Below are positions 1 to 63,800 of a stretch of 64,000 bases of DNA, piece after piece (position 1 is the stretch's first letter; every line of letters begins with the position of its first letter). Location: assembly GCA_965153355.1 (NCBI GenBank), contig OZ231126.1:47616001-47680000 (forward strand), read 5' to 3'. Source of the DNA: Flaccisagitta enflata. Its lineage: Eukaryota. A program made the position numbers and the translations under genes. The notes beneath the pieces are model-generated. The model ran no database searches and was not told the DNA's origin. It saw only the letters and a program-made list of their open reading frames with translations.

Positions 1-16529
<16,529 letters not shown>

Positions 16530-16695
16530 GATCGAGGAAAAAGAACGTTGCAAGGGAGGGAGAAGATGCCTTTTTTTGTTGGCTGATTAACTAATGCGTC
16601 TTCATACACGTCGTTTGTTTTTACGCCTTGATCTTTTGTTTCTTCTACAGACTACCTAGAACCTATGCGCCTTTCTTTCTTTCTGTCTCCCTCTT

Positions 16696-16736
<41 letters not shown>

Positions 16737-17316
16737 ATGTATCTGTGTTATGCATCATTTTTCCTCTGTTTATATTTCTCACCATTTTTATGTGTTCATG
16801 CTGTGTGCGGAAATTGTTAATTGTCTTAAGCATTTCGAGACAATCTTTATTGCAATGAAAATTTTGGATTGTAATACAGTTCAGAATTCACTCGTTCACG
16901 CATTAATTATAGTTTCAACAAGAAAAGGAAGAGTAAATAAGACTGAGATCTTGGAATTATTCATAATTTGGGATAGTGAGTATTCGAAATGAAGAACGCG
17001 AAGTCGCAAATACGATCGAGATCGATCATGTTAAAGTGGCAAACACGAGAGAATTTAACAATGAAAATTCAAGGAAAGGACAACTAATAAAAAGTAATAT
17101 CTTTTTTTGGTCGAAGTCACTAAGATGGCATTGGAATGAGTAAGGGGTGGACAAAGGGACTGACTAATGGGTGGATGGACAAGAAAACTATAGATGATGT
17201 CAAGTGGCAGAACAAGGCAAGCATGGGAATGGCATTTTCGTCTATTGAATGAGTTGTAGCGCGTCGCTATCGTTATAGATACGGACGAAGGCGATCACCA
17301 GGCGGAAATACATCGG

Positions 17317-17369
<53 letters not shown>

Positions 17370-17496
17370 CGAGCAGACAGAAACAAGTACATACAGACAA
17401 AGAGGCATGGTAGGGGTGCAGATAAGAAATAACATGGCTAAGAGATGTCCAATTTATGCGTCTTATTTCGATATAAGAGATAAACAAGTTTTGAGA

Positions 17497-17664
17497 AAAC
17501 AAGGCCGGATACACGGCCACCAGTTGCGGACGGGTGGGCAGTGGCGGATATGCGCGTTTTCCCACTTTTCGACTCGTGCTGACGGACCAACGGACCAACG
17601 GACGGACCGACGGACCGACGGACGGACAAAGCCTCTTATAGAGTTGCGTGTCCGCAACTAAAAA
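17497..17664 (-). mobile_element. DINE-1/HINE-like short element ('family Y')
   Basis: Ends aaacaaggccggatacacggc and tatagagttgcgtgtccgcaactaaaa, subterminal IR gttgcggac, GACG/GACC microsatellite. Relatives near 22017-22292, 30682-30897, 49496-49690 and 50780-51225. Confidence 0.65.
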
Positions 17665-18531
17665 CACAAATCGCGCCAAGAAATTTTCCTACCTTCCTAA
17701 CAAAAGACACACCCTTTTATAGTGATGCGGGGAAGCATCTAAAAAGAGCCATGAGAGCATCTAAAAAGAGCCATGAGAGTGTGCGAGAAACAAACAAGCA
17801 CACAGTCAGTCGGACAGACGGACAGATAGGCAGTGGAAGAAAGAGAGAGCAAGCGTGATTAAATTTGATGTTTTCTCAGCGCCGAGTTACCATTTTAAAT
17901 CTTTGGAAGGAATAATACGTTAAAACCAACATCACGTTTATACAACAATTTCAATATGGAAAAAGATAAACAGAGTAAATCACCACATCAAAAATATGCT
18001 TTGTTTTGTGAAGTAATTCAGTGGCCAAAAAAGACAGGAGGCAAGAAGAAAGGCCGGCTTTGTTTATATTTACAGCAAGAAAAGCAGTAACTTTGTATAA
18101 ATATAGCATCTCTGAATACATCATATAAATAAACATTTAGCATTATCGGGTCGTAGAAAGATGTTCATGGATACATGAAAAACAAGTTCATACCTAGGTT
18201 GATGATCATAGCTAGGTTGTCTTCTGTTAACAAAGTTACAAGACATCCACACCATCTTTTTTGCGATGCAAGTTTATTGCATAATCCGAATACAGATCTT
18301 TAATCTTTCCTAAAAGCCCCTTCCAAAGGCGTTTATTGGCACGTCTTAAGTTCAGTAATTCCGTTAGTAAGCTTGCTTCTATGATGTGCAGTAATTTCCA
18401 ATACGGTAATTGCATCGAAATGAACCAAGTCTTAAGTGAATATCAATGAAGGGTCATCGAAGTCATCATGCTTTTGAGCCTCCATCCTGAAAATGGCTTT
18501 TGTGAGTTGAGTCTCTCACAAGCATTCTTTT

Positions 18532-53206
<34,675 letters not shown>

Positions 53207-53566
53207 CTTGTTTGTTTTTGTGTGTGTGTGTTTTTTTTTTTTTACCTTTTTCGTTTCTTGGTTAATCCCGAGTGGAGAAAGTATCAAAATTCATTGACAT
53301 TTGAATGTTTTTTTAAATTTCATTCCGACATAATAAGAAATACCTCTCCATGTGCGAAAATGAAAAGGATCATCACAGAGCCAGTTAAATAGTTTTCCGC
53401 ACGTTCTGCTTTTTAACGAGGCTATGAGTATTACTCACAATTTTCATTAAGGAACGGAAATGAAGGCGAGGGTTGTGCTCGGTCGTCGTTTTAATTTTGA
53501 TGAGTTGTAGCTGAAATTAAAAGAACGCTTTCAGATGATTAAAACAAGATGACAGATATTTTTAAT

Positions 53567-53719
<153 letters not shown>

Positions 53720-53803
53720 ACACCCAAACAAAAACGCAACTTCAACAACAACAACGACGACGACGACGAGGAAAACAACGACGACGGCGACGTCGAAAGT
53801 TAA

Positions 53804-53892
<89 letters not shown>

Positions 53893-56736
53893 GAGCAACC
53901 ACAGCAACAAACACACACAGACAATAAAGAGAACGGGTTCTATTCATACGGGGCTCTTCTATAAATTGCTATTTCTTGCCTCCGATTCTTAAAATAGCAA
54001 CTCGTGCCAAAGGGCGGGACTAGGTCGACTCTTGTCAGAGATGACTGGGACAAGGTTGACCTAAACTTTGGTTCTTAAGGCGCCGTTTCCATTTTGAGTC
54101 GTCTCGAGCGAATCTCGCTTAGCATAATGAAATCAGCCAAGTGGAGGTCAAAAAGGGTCACGCTCCAGCGCTCTGGGAACTTGATTCCGTTCTCCGCGAC
54201 AAAAAAGTCATGCTTCTACTAACAACAAGGCCGGATTTGCGGCTGCCTTGCTGGCAAAAACCATGAAGGTTTGTCTGTCCGTCGGGCCATGACCCTTTTA
54301 TAGGCTTTTTTTTAGCCTCATGATCATGATTTGTGATAGAGAAGTTTTGTTTGTTTGTTTGTTTGTTTGTTTGTTTTTTGTTTTTATCTTTTTTTATGTT
54401 TTTTGTTTTTTGTTTTATATTGTTTAGTCTTTTGCAAATACCTGCCCCTGTTATCGAGTTGCGCCCTTTCATCGCAGCCCCTGTATTGTGAATAAAAACT
54501 CAGGCCGCTGGGCAAGGCTGAAAAGGGGTCTTACCCTACTTATCCCATGAAGTCTAGAATTTTCTTTGTTTTGTTTTGTTTTCTCATTTCTTTCTAGATA
54601 TTAAGTTAAGGATTTTAGATGAATTCCCTTTGAAAGACAACAACTTCCTTCTTCTATCTTACATCACTTGTTGATGTTTAGCATAATCACTTTCTTCATA
54701 TTCAATAACAGAATGTTTTGAGTAGAAAATTAGACCGGAGAAAGGCGGCGAACTCAGAAGTTCCGCATGAGCACGCCCCCCCATCTACCACCGCATTGCA
54801 CAATGCACAAGACATGGTCATGGTCCACTTGAAACCCTCATTGTCAGTCAGTTGTTACAAGCTGCTACCCACTGGAAGCGAAAATGAGCATGGGGTCCAA
54901 TCCTGCTTGAAGAGCTCACTATAATTGTGATTCGCAGCAAAAATCTCATAAAAGTCCATGGATTTATGTTTATCAACCCCATCTATGCTGCAAAAAGTTA
55001 CAAAATCACACAGCCATTGCTTCTGATCCAATTACAAATGTTTTCTTGATGTGACATACACTTTGTTTACTTGATGCGTCATACACTAAATCCATTATCA
55101 AAAACGGCAGAAACTCGCGGTGTCTATCATAGTTGAAACAATTTTCCTATCATTGCATCGTTTCATATTTGCTTTCTACTTTCTCAATTACACTTCAATG
55201 GTCGATTTGACGATTTCTTCGAGTGCGCCTCGTTTCTTTCATTAATTTTCCAATAAGGAAGAAGAAAACAAAAGCCTTTCTTCTTCAACTAAGGGGCTTT
55301 GATGAGCCACAGCACGGCAGGTGGACTCAGGTCAACGATGCCGACAAATGCTGGAAATGTTGCAATTGTACCGATTTTGCATCTGTTTCCGACGATGCCG
55401 ACGCTGCCAAAATGGTCAACAAGGTCTTTGTTGCTGAAGATGCCGACTAAGATTTACAAAAGCGTGAGCAACATGACATATGTGCCAATTGTGCCACCTT
55501 TGCCAAAACTGCCGACATGGCCAAAAGAGACAATGTTACTGGTGTTGGATACAACCTTGCTGATGTTAATAACAGAGACTTATGTCACCTTGTCGGTGTT
55601 GCTGATGTTGCCAACATGATTATTTATCAGTCATAATCTTGCCGATACGATGTTGATGACAGAGACAGCTTTGCCGGTGATGCCGACGTTGCCGACATAA
55701 CGCTCAAGGACAATGCTGCCGGTGTTGCCAACTTCACCTACATGGCACTCAGAGGCAACGCCATCGGCAGAACTCCTTCCTCAGAATACTAATTAAGAAG
55801 ACGAGAAAAATTAACGCCTCTCCTCTAGTGTTTTTTTTTTCTTTGCTTTGAGTCGTCTGTGTTTGCTTTTACTCACGAGCACGCGACTCTAAACGTTGCT
55901 GTGTCGGTCGGTACGTACATTGGTCCGTCCATCCGTAACATTGTTGAAAGATGGCCTCAGGTCTCTTGATTCTTCCTCTCTGCCGAGAAGCAAAATTCTT
56001 TCCTGCAGCACTGCCCCCCATCGTACTCTACAGCAACATGATGCCTGCCGCGCTTACCACGCTCAAAAAAGCTCTTTGTGGTAACTAAGCAGTGAACAAA
56101 TTCACACCCGGATCTGAGTCCAGTGATTTCCTTCTTACCCTTCTTCTTCAGGGACCTGCCGATATCTTTCTTGCCCTGCCGCACAAGGAAACTTTAACGG
56201 ACATTTGCGCCAGTGCGCTACTTGCCCTACCAGTTACAAGGGCTGCTTTTCTTCCTTCATATTAATAAGAAACTTAAACTTCATCTTCACTTTTCTATAG
56301 GTGCAAATGCGCTAATGCGCTAGGAAATGCGCTATGTAATGCGCTAATGTGATTCCCCTAGCAATTTACTGCGCCTAACTTCTGAAAACAGTATCAGCAT
56401 TTTCAAGAGCTTTAACTTTTTGAAGAAGTCGAGACTCAAAGGCAATGAATCTAGTCTTTAGTAAGCTAAGAGAAGCATGGCTGCGTATGTCTGTCACTGC
56501 TAGTCTTTTTCTGTTATTTTTTGCTATGAATCTTTTCTGTCTTTTTTGCAATTTTTTTTTCTTTCTGCAAGACCTCAAAGTTGTAATTCTGTTTTTGTGT
56601 TTGTCTGCAAGTCTGTCTGTCTGTATGTCTGTGCCTCTCTGTCTGAAATCGGAATATGTGTGTTTGTCTGTCTGCCTGCTTTTCTCTCTCTTGATTTATT
56701 TCTTTTTTTCTTTTTTCTTTTCTTTCTTTCTTTTCT

Positions 56737-56767
<31 letters not shown>

Positions 56768-56824
56768 CCCTTTCTCTCTTTCTTTCTTTCTCCCTTTCTC
56801 TCTTTCTTTCTTTCTTTTTCTTTT

Positions 56825-56915
<91 letters not shown>

Positions 56916-58237
56916 TTGGCTCTCATACATGCACAAACACACACTCATACATGCGTAAACAAACACAAGCGCACTACTATGAGCTTGTTCAACTCATTCC
57001 ACGAAGTCTTAACCCTTAAAAAAAATGTGTCTACTGTTCTGGGGCAGAGAGCAACCAGGAAATGAACTTGCGCTAATGCGCTTATGTCTTGATGCGCTAA
57101 TGCGCTAAGAAAACTAACTGCGCCTAAGATAGCATTTTTGCATAAGCCAGATTGTAACTAGGGCAATAGGGCTAGAAACACACCAGCGCTGGTGAAGGAG
57201 GCCCCTAGCGCAAATGTCCATTGCGCCAATGGGGGAAGTTTCTTTGTGTGCCGACAAGCGGCGCTGCTCGCTACCCCAGAATCAAGAGGCCTGGATGGCC
57301 TCATTCATCATTCAAATAGTAGTTTTCGCTATTTCGTGTGTATGTGTAATGAATGTGAATTTTATGTAGTACCGCCCCTGACCAACAGTCTGTAACAACA
57401 TTGCTCCTCGTCTCCCGCCTCAGGCCAACGCGATTCCCCTCATCATCGTCTCCGCCTCCAACCAACACGATCCCTTTCAGCAACACCTTCGGTCAACACG
57501 GATCTCCTCGTAGACACCTTTGGCCAACACGATCTCTACGTCTTCCGGCGGAGGGCGAAATGAAGAAGAAAGGACTTACGGAAGAAGGACTGACGAGGGA
57601 AGGACTGATGAAGGAAGGACTAACGAAGGATGGACATTAAACCGTCTCCCTTGGCGATAAATACGGAAATAATCGATCTCCTTTGGCGATAAATCATCTC
57701 CTGTGGACTTTCATCGTGTCATTCATCGTGTCATTCATCGTGTCATTCATCGTGTCATTCATCGTGTCATCACAGCGTCATTGCGTTCAATTGTGTTAGA
57801 TAATCATTGTTGTTAATCGTTACTGTGATAATTAACTTGCAACCCGCAGCCGTACACAGGCACCTTTCTTTGATTGTTGATTAAAAACATGACCGTTTGC
57901 ATATATTTTTGGTAGAGGAAATTTGGTATTTGATCGGTAGGACGAGTTTAGCAATTTCTCGAGTCTATAACCCTATGAATTTATCATCTTTCTGTTTCCA
58001 CCATCAAGTCTCAAAATACTACCCTAAAGACTGACCGAGGCCCCTCTAAACTGATCGTTGGACCCGTCCGTCATGCCTTGGCGGCAGCAAATATATTCAT
58101 AAAACGTCCGCTTTGTTTACAAACAATATCCCGTCGAACCGATGTCAACCGCGAGCAAGCCATCTTATAGAGATTCTCCAGGTGAAGAGATTTACCACCG
58201 TTCTTCGATATTTTGCGGACATAGAGACCTCTTAAAG

Positions 58238-58250
58238 TGGTGCATCGGCC
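58238..58250 (+). promoter_or_regulatory. Primer-binding site complementary to the tRNA-Gly(GCC) 3' end
   Basis: TGGTGCATCGGCC is the reverse complement of ...GGCCGATGCA-CCA, the recalled invertebrate tRNA-Gly(GCC) 3' end. Confidence 0.7.
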
Positions 58251-59225
58251 CACGGTCGCACCAGGGTGGCCTCAAGACGCGCGCAACATTAAATGGAATT
58301 CCAGTTGAAAAGCGCTCGCCACAGGAAGAGTGGAGGTTTTCTGTCCAAGTATAAGGGACCCCCGTGCTACCCGTGCGCGGAAACCAAGACCTTGGCGAAT
58401 ACCCAGGGCAATCCAGGAGGATTGGGCCAAAAATAGCCGATAGGCAACAAAAAGAGGAGTGCCTTATTCAGAAAGGGTCTATGGCGCGGCCTCAACCGAC
58501 GCCCCTAAAAAGGCGCGAAAAATACGCTACGTGCGACGCCCTTCCATCAACATCTTCTACTCTCGCAATTGCAATCAGATTTCTTGGGCAGGAGCCTCGG
58601 TCACTCTAAACATCCCCGTAAAATCGCTTCTCAACAAAACAGTCAAATCAACATATACAACACGAAGTACAAAATACAAACAACAACATACAATCATCGA
58701 TGATATACAAACAAAACATCAGTCAAATGAGATATGAAACAGGGTTTGACTCGAGATTTTGCTATAGCGTCAGTCAAGATTGGTACTGATATCCGATCGA
58801 GCAACGGAAGAAGAAGCTTCCCCACTAGTCACGATTTTACCGTTTAACTCTTAAAACACTCTAAAATACAAACATTGAGCTCTTATCCAACGAAATACAA
58901 GACGTCTTATCTAAATACTGGTCTTATCCCGGGACTCCCGTTTTATCCAAAAGTGTTCTTATCTCAAAATACTGTTCTTATCCGGATCCTCAACATTGTT
59001 CTTATCTTCGTGGGTATTTGCGCAGCAAAGAAATATAACTCTGCTACCACGCGGTATCGCGCCATAAAGGTAGCGTTTTTATCCAAACGTAATATCGGTT
59101 GAAAAGAGAGAAATACAACAGTCAAGCGAGAAAGAGAGAATTATTCTGTTTCCAGTAAGTTATTCCGTTATCGCGGCGGTTTACTTGTTAATCTAATATT
59201 TGCTTAATTTTATCAAAGAGGAAAG

Positions 59226-60833
59226 ATGGCGGATCACAGCGCGGCCGTACGCAAGATTGTCTATCCGGATTATAAACCGGGAGAAAATTTTCCCCTCTGG
59301 GAGCAAGGATACAGGGGGAAGATAAAACTCAACTGCGGCCTAGACGAAAGCAAAGCAACCGAGATCAACGAAGCAATCGTGAAGTCCATCCCAGGGAAAC
59401 TGTCAAGTGGAACGGCACTCGATGCATACAATAGTCTTCCGGCTGCAACGAAAGCGGACTACGAACTCTTGATAAAGGCGCTCACGGAAGAATTCCTCGA
59501 CCCTCAAACTCGCGATCGCTTCAATGGGGACCTTGGATTCAACAAGAGGAAACCAAATCAAACGATCAAGCAGTTCATGCAAGAGATCATCAAAGATCAG
59601 AACACATACTCCGATATCCCCGAATTCATCGGAACTGGCAATGCCAGAACCAGTAACCCACAGCGAGTCAAAGACGGGATCAAGAGGTTCAAAAAGGGAC
59701 TGCGCAACAAAAGAGGTGAGAAAGATTCTGAATTAAGCAAACACATGAAATACAACTTGTACAAACCAGAGGACCTCACATGGGACAATGCCGTATCAGT
59801 AGCATGCCGTTGGGAATCGGCGCACGATGAGGATCCATCTGGTAGCAGCAGCAGCGACGACGGGGACGACGTCGAAGTTGTAGAGTGCAGCAAGAAGAGA
59901 AGCAAAGGTAAGAAAGGGGAATCTAAAACCATCATCTCTCCCGTCGAATCCACCGCGCCACCGGCACCAACGGCATCTTCTCACCAAACGGCACCTTGGT
60001 CGGCTCCTCATCAGGTGGCACCTCAAGTTGCTCCTATGCAGATGGGACCCGCACCTACAACTATGCAAATGGCACCAGCCTCCTCGGCCTTGCAAGTAGC
60101 ACCTGCACAAACGATGCACGTGGCATCTACTCCAGCAAACATGCATATGGCACAACCAGGAATGGCCATGCCAATAGCTTCGGCATCAGTCACGGTCGCA
60201 GCTCTAAGACATGAATACAACGCCCTGTCAGATGAGGTCAAGACCAACGCAAGGGACATCAAAGGAATCAAAAGCGAGCAGGAGCGTCTCAGTGCCAACA
60301 TGGTCGCATGGCAAGCAGACACGAGTCAATGGCGCAGTCGGAATGATGCTAGGATGGATAAAATAATTAATGCAGTATGCAATCCCCAGCAGGGAGCCCA
60401 GCCAGCTCCTCAACAGTTCCAACCGCGCGTGTTCCAGCCCCGCATGCCCCAACAAGGTTATCAACGACCAGTCAACCACACTTGGAAGGGCCACCTTGGC
60501 CAGAACCAACAGACAGGTTTCCGATTTAACAGAAGCACGCCGCAACAGTACAATCGCCAACCGCAGGGTGCAACTCACGCCCCAGTCGCCGCCGCAACAG
60601 CCGCCGCCCCAGCAGCAGCAGCCGCGCCCGCCGCCGCCGCTCCGCCCGCCGCTGCAGCACCCGTCGCAGCATATGAGGAAATGGATCCAGCGGCCCAAAC
60701 TCTAGCTGAAGAATATCAAGATGCGGCAGTTCAAGTCTCTTACCGCGACTACCTATGCCTCCAACAAAGGGCCAACCCGGGCATAGAAGAACATGATGTC
60801 ATCTCATCACTGCAGGAGCTGAATTTTATTTAG
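59226..60833 (+). CDS. gag: Gag-like protein, 535 aa
   Basis: Long ORF between the PBS and pol. Capsid-like N-terminal half (DYELLIKALTEEF, RKPNQTIKQF), coiled-coil-like segment and Q/P/A-rich tail. Confidence 0.85.
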   Translation: MADHSAAVRKIVYPDYKPGENFPLWEQGYRGKIKLNCGLDESKATEINEAIVKSIPGKLSSGTALDAYNSLPAATKADYELLIKALTEEFLDPQTRDRFNGDLGFNKRKPNQTIKQFMQEIIKDQNTYSDIPEFIGTGNARTSNPQRVKDGIKRFKKGLRNKRGEKDSELSKHMKYNLYKPEDLTWDNAVSVACRWESAHDEDPSGSSSSDDGDDVEVVECSKKRSKGKKGESKTIISPVESTAPPAPTASSHQTAPWSAPHQVAPQVAPMQMGPAPTTMQMAPASSALQVAPAQTMHVASTPANMHMAQPGMAMPIASASVTVAALRHEYNALSDEVKTNARDIKGIKSEQERLSANMVAWQADTSQWRSRNDARMDKIINAVCNPQQGAQPAPQQFQPRVFQPRMPQQGYQRPVNHTWKGHLGQNQQTGFRFNRSTPQQYNRQPQGATHAPVAAATAAAPAAAAAPAAAAPPAAAAPVAAYEEMDPAAQTLAEEYQDAAVQVSYRDYLCLQQRANPGIEEHDVISSLQELNFI

Positions 60834-63800
60834 CCAACAGCACCGCCCAGGGAAGTGCTGCTGGCGATGGCATCCCTGATACAAAATTTCGATGCCTTGT
60901 TGATGCGAAGATCGGAACTACTACGCTTAATTGTCTCATTGATACCGGCGCTGGGCCATCGTGCATTGGCGAGGACATCATGCTGTCAAATCCCTTCCTC
61001 AAAATTTTAATGATAAGAAAATGCGAAAGAAAAGCCTACAGTGTCAGCGGCGCCCCAGTGGTAACATTAGGAGTGGTAGAAATTGAATTTAAACTCAACG
61101 GGTGCAGCTTCCGACATCAATTCACAATCCTCAGAGGACTTATACACCCAATGTTATTGGGTCTCGACTTTCTAACAAAACACAGTGCCAATATCCAGCT
61201 GGACTATCCTCCTCGCCTCGCCTTATCTCACCCTATCCAGCATAAGGTTGTCATCCCCTTCATCAAGCCAGCTCAGAAACCTAATCTCCTCCCACGTGTT
61301 TCGCTGGTAACGGACATTGAAATCCCGCCGCTCTCAACCTGCTATGTTGACGCCTACATCTCCAATCTTGAGATGATAGAAGAACCTCCAGATGCGCAAC
61401 CTAGCCGTTTATTTGGTATTACGTCAATCCAACAGGAAGAGCCCACCTTTGATCCAGGATTCATAATGCGCAATGGAGTGGTCGATGGGAATCTACCTAA
61501 ATTCAAGGTGGAACTGATCAATCCGTCCCAATTCAAACTGAAGGCCGAAGCTAATACGCCAATTGGAGCTATATTCGATGATAATTGCGAGATCATGGAA
61601 GGAGACCAAAGCCAGCATCTATGGGAAACACCAGCAGAAACAGCCAGTGAGGCCTTCATGAGACAGCAAACTCTCCTGGCGGCAAACATCAACGTAGTTG
61701 AAGTAGAGCCTGCTGACAACTCGTCAACAGCTGCAATGGCAGAACATCTCCATCACCCAACTAGACCGCCCTCAACAACTACAAATGAATCGTCTGGGGA
61801 GCAGATTCGCGAGGCCCCCAACAACTCAAACAACGAAACAACCGGCCAAACATCACCGCCTGCCCCACCTCCTGCAGATGCTCCACCAAATAGTGCCTTC
61901 ACCCCAGCTTACGCCGACAGTTCCACGCCTCTCAAGTTCATGCATGAGCTACCTACGGATAACAATCTAACTAAGGAAGAGAAAGACTTTGTGGTGGACC
62001 TATCAGGATGCGACGCAATTGATCAAACGCAGAAAGACCAGTTGGAGAGACTTATTCGCGAATCCTCCAGTGTATTCGCCAGATCCCACATGGATATTGG
62101 ATGTACAAACTTGGTCTACCATCACGTCAAGATCAACTCTGACCAACCTGTGTATGCGTCTTATCACAAGGCACAGGGGTCTGAAATCAGGAAGGAAATC
62201 AATGACCAAACACAGGGTCTCCTGGCATCTGGAGTGATCAAGGAATCCGAAAGCCCTTATTGCTCGCCTATTGTGATGGTCAGGAAGAAGTACGGTGGTT
62301 GGCGTTATTGCGTCGACCTACGCAAAATCAACAAAATAACCGATAAATTCACATTCCCTATCCCAAAGATTGAGGATGCTCTGCGACGCCTCAAGAAACC
62401 AAAGATCTTCTCGTCACTCGATCTTTTGAAAGCGTACTATCAAATCCCCGTGGTGGAAGAACACCAAAAATACTACGCTTACAGTGACGGAATACGGCAT
62501 CTCCAATTCGCTCGCTGTCCAATGGGCGCGAAGAACAGCGGATCGTCGCTCGCCCTCCTCATGGAACTGGTGCTGCGTGGTCTGCCGCCGGAGTGCGTGA
62601 TAGGATATCTCGATGATATCCTCATCGCCACAGAGGATTGGAAGACGCATATGGAGATCCTCGAGAAACTCTTCAAGGCACTCGAGCATGCCGGTCTCAA
62701 GCTTTGCCCCGGTAAATGCCACTTCGCCCGCAAAGAGGTCAAGACGCTGGGGTACACTCTATCTGAAGATGGTATACGCCCAGATGACTTCAACTTGGAC
62801 AAAGTACGGAAATGGACGGAAGCGAAGGACAAAAGCGAAGTCCGTACCTTTTTGGGCTTGTCTGGTTATTACAGAAGTCTCATCCTTGGATATGCCAACA
62901 TCGCCGCACCACTCACAGATCTCTTACGCGATGAAGTGGAGTTCAAGTGGGATCAACCGCAAAAAGACGCGTTTGAAGAGCTGAAAAAGATTCTCCTCTC
63001 TGAGCCAGTGGCCGCATATCCGGATTACGATAAACCATTTATCCTGAAGACGGACGCATCGAAAGTAGCCATGGGTGCAGTCCTTGCCCAAAAGAAGGAG
63101 ACAAAGAAGGAGAGCATGATCGCCTGTACAAGCAAGAAATTCAATGCCGACGAGCTGAAATGGATTCCCTATGATAGGGAATTTTGGGCAGTTGTTGCCT
63201 CCGTGCGTCACTTTGCCCATTATCTACGCTTCAAACCATTCGTCATTGTCGTCGATCACAAACCCTTACTTGCATGGCGAGATGTGACAACTCAGCGCGA
63301 TGGGACGAATCGACGCACACGCTGGTCGATGGAGTTGTCGACATTCGATTTCGAGATGATCTACAAGGAAGGCAAACGCCATTCGGACGCAGACGCCTTG
63401 TCACGACATCCTTGCCCGGACGAACCCGACGAAGAGCAAGACGATGAAGTCATAAGCTTATTGTCAACAGACGAGCCCATGGTGGTCTGCTTGATCGCGG
63501 CAAAATGCCTCGATGAAATCTCATTGGCGGAGATTCATGCAGATGATGAATCATCAAAAGAGATGAAGAAGCTACAGGATAAAGACCACAACATCAAATT
63601 AGCGAAAGAGTTAATCCTGGCCAGAAACACCGACAAACAAGCATGGAAACCGTTGCATCAATGGTACAAAACGGAAAGATTCCATTTTATCGTCTCCAAT
63701 GGCGTCCTCTATCACAGCAGAATGCTCCCTTCATCTGACGAACCACTATCGCGAACAGTCATTCCAGAATGTAAACAAGAGGAAATGATGTATAGAGCGC

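Noticed and set aside
57910-57925. tggtagagga as an initiator-Met PBS
   Set aside because: Gapped match to TGGTAGCAGAGGA. The contiguous 13-nt tRNA-Gly match at 58238 is better, though the 3' LTR is needed to settle it.
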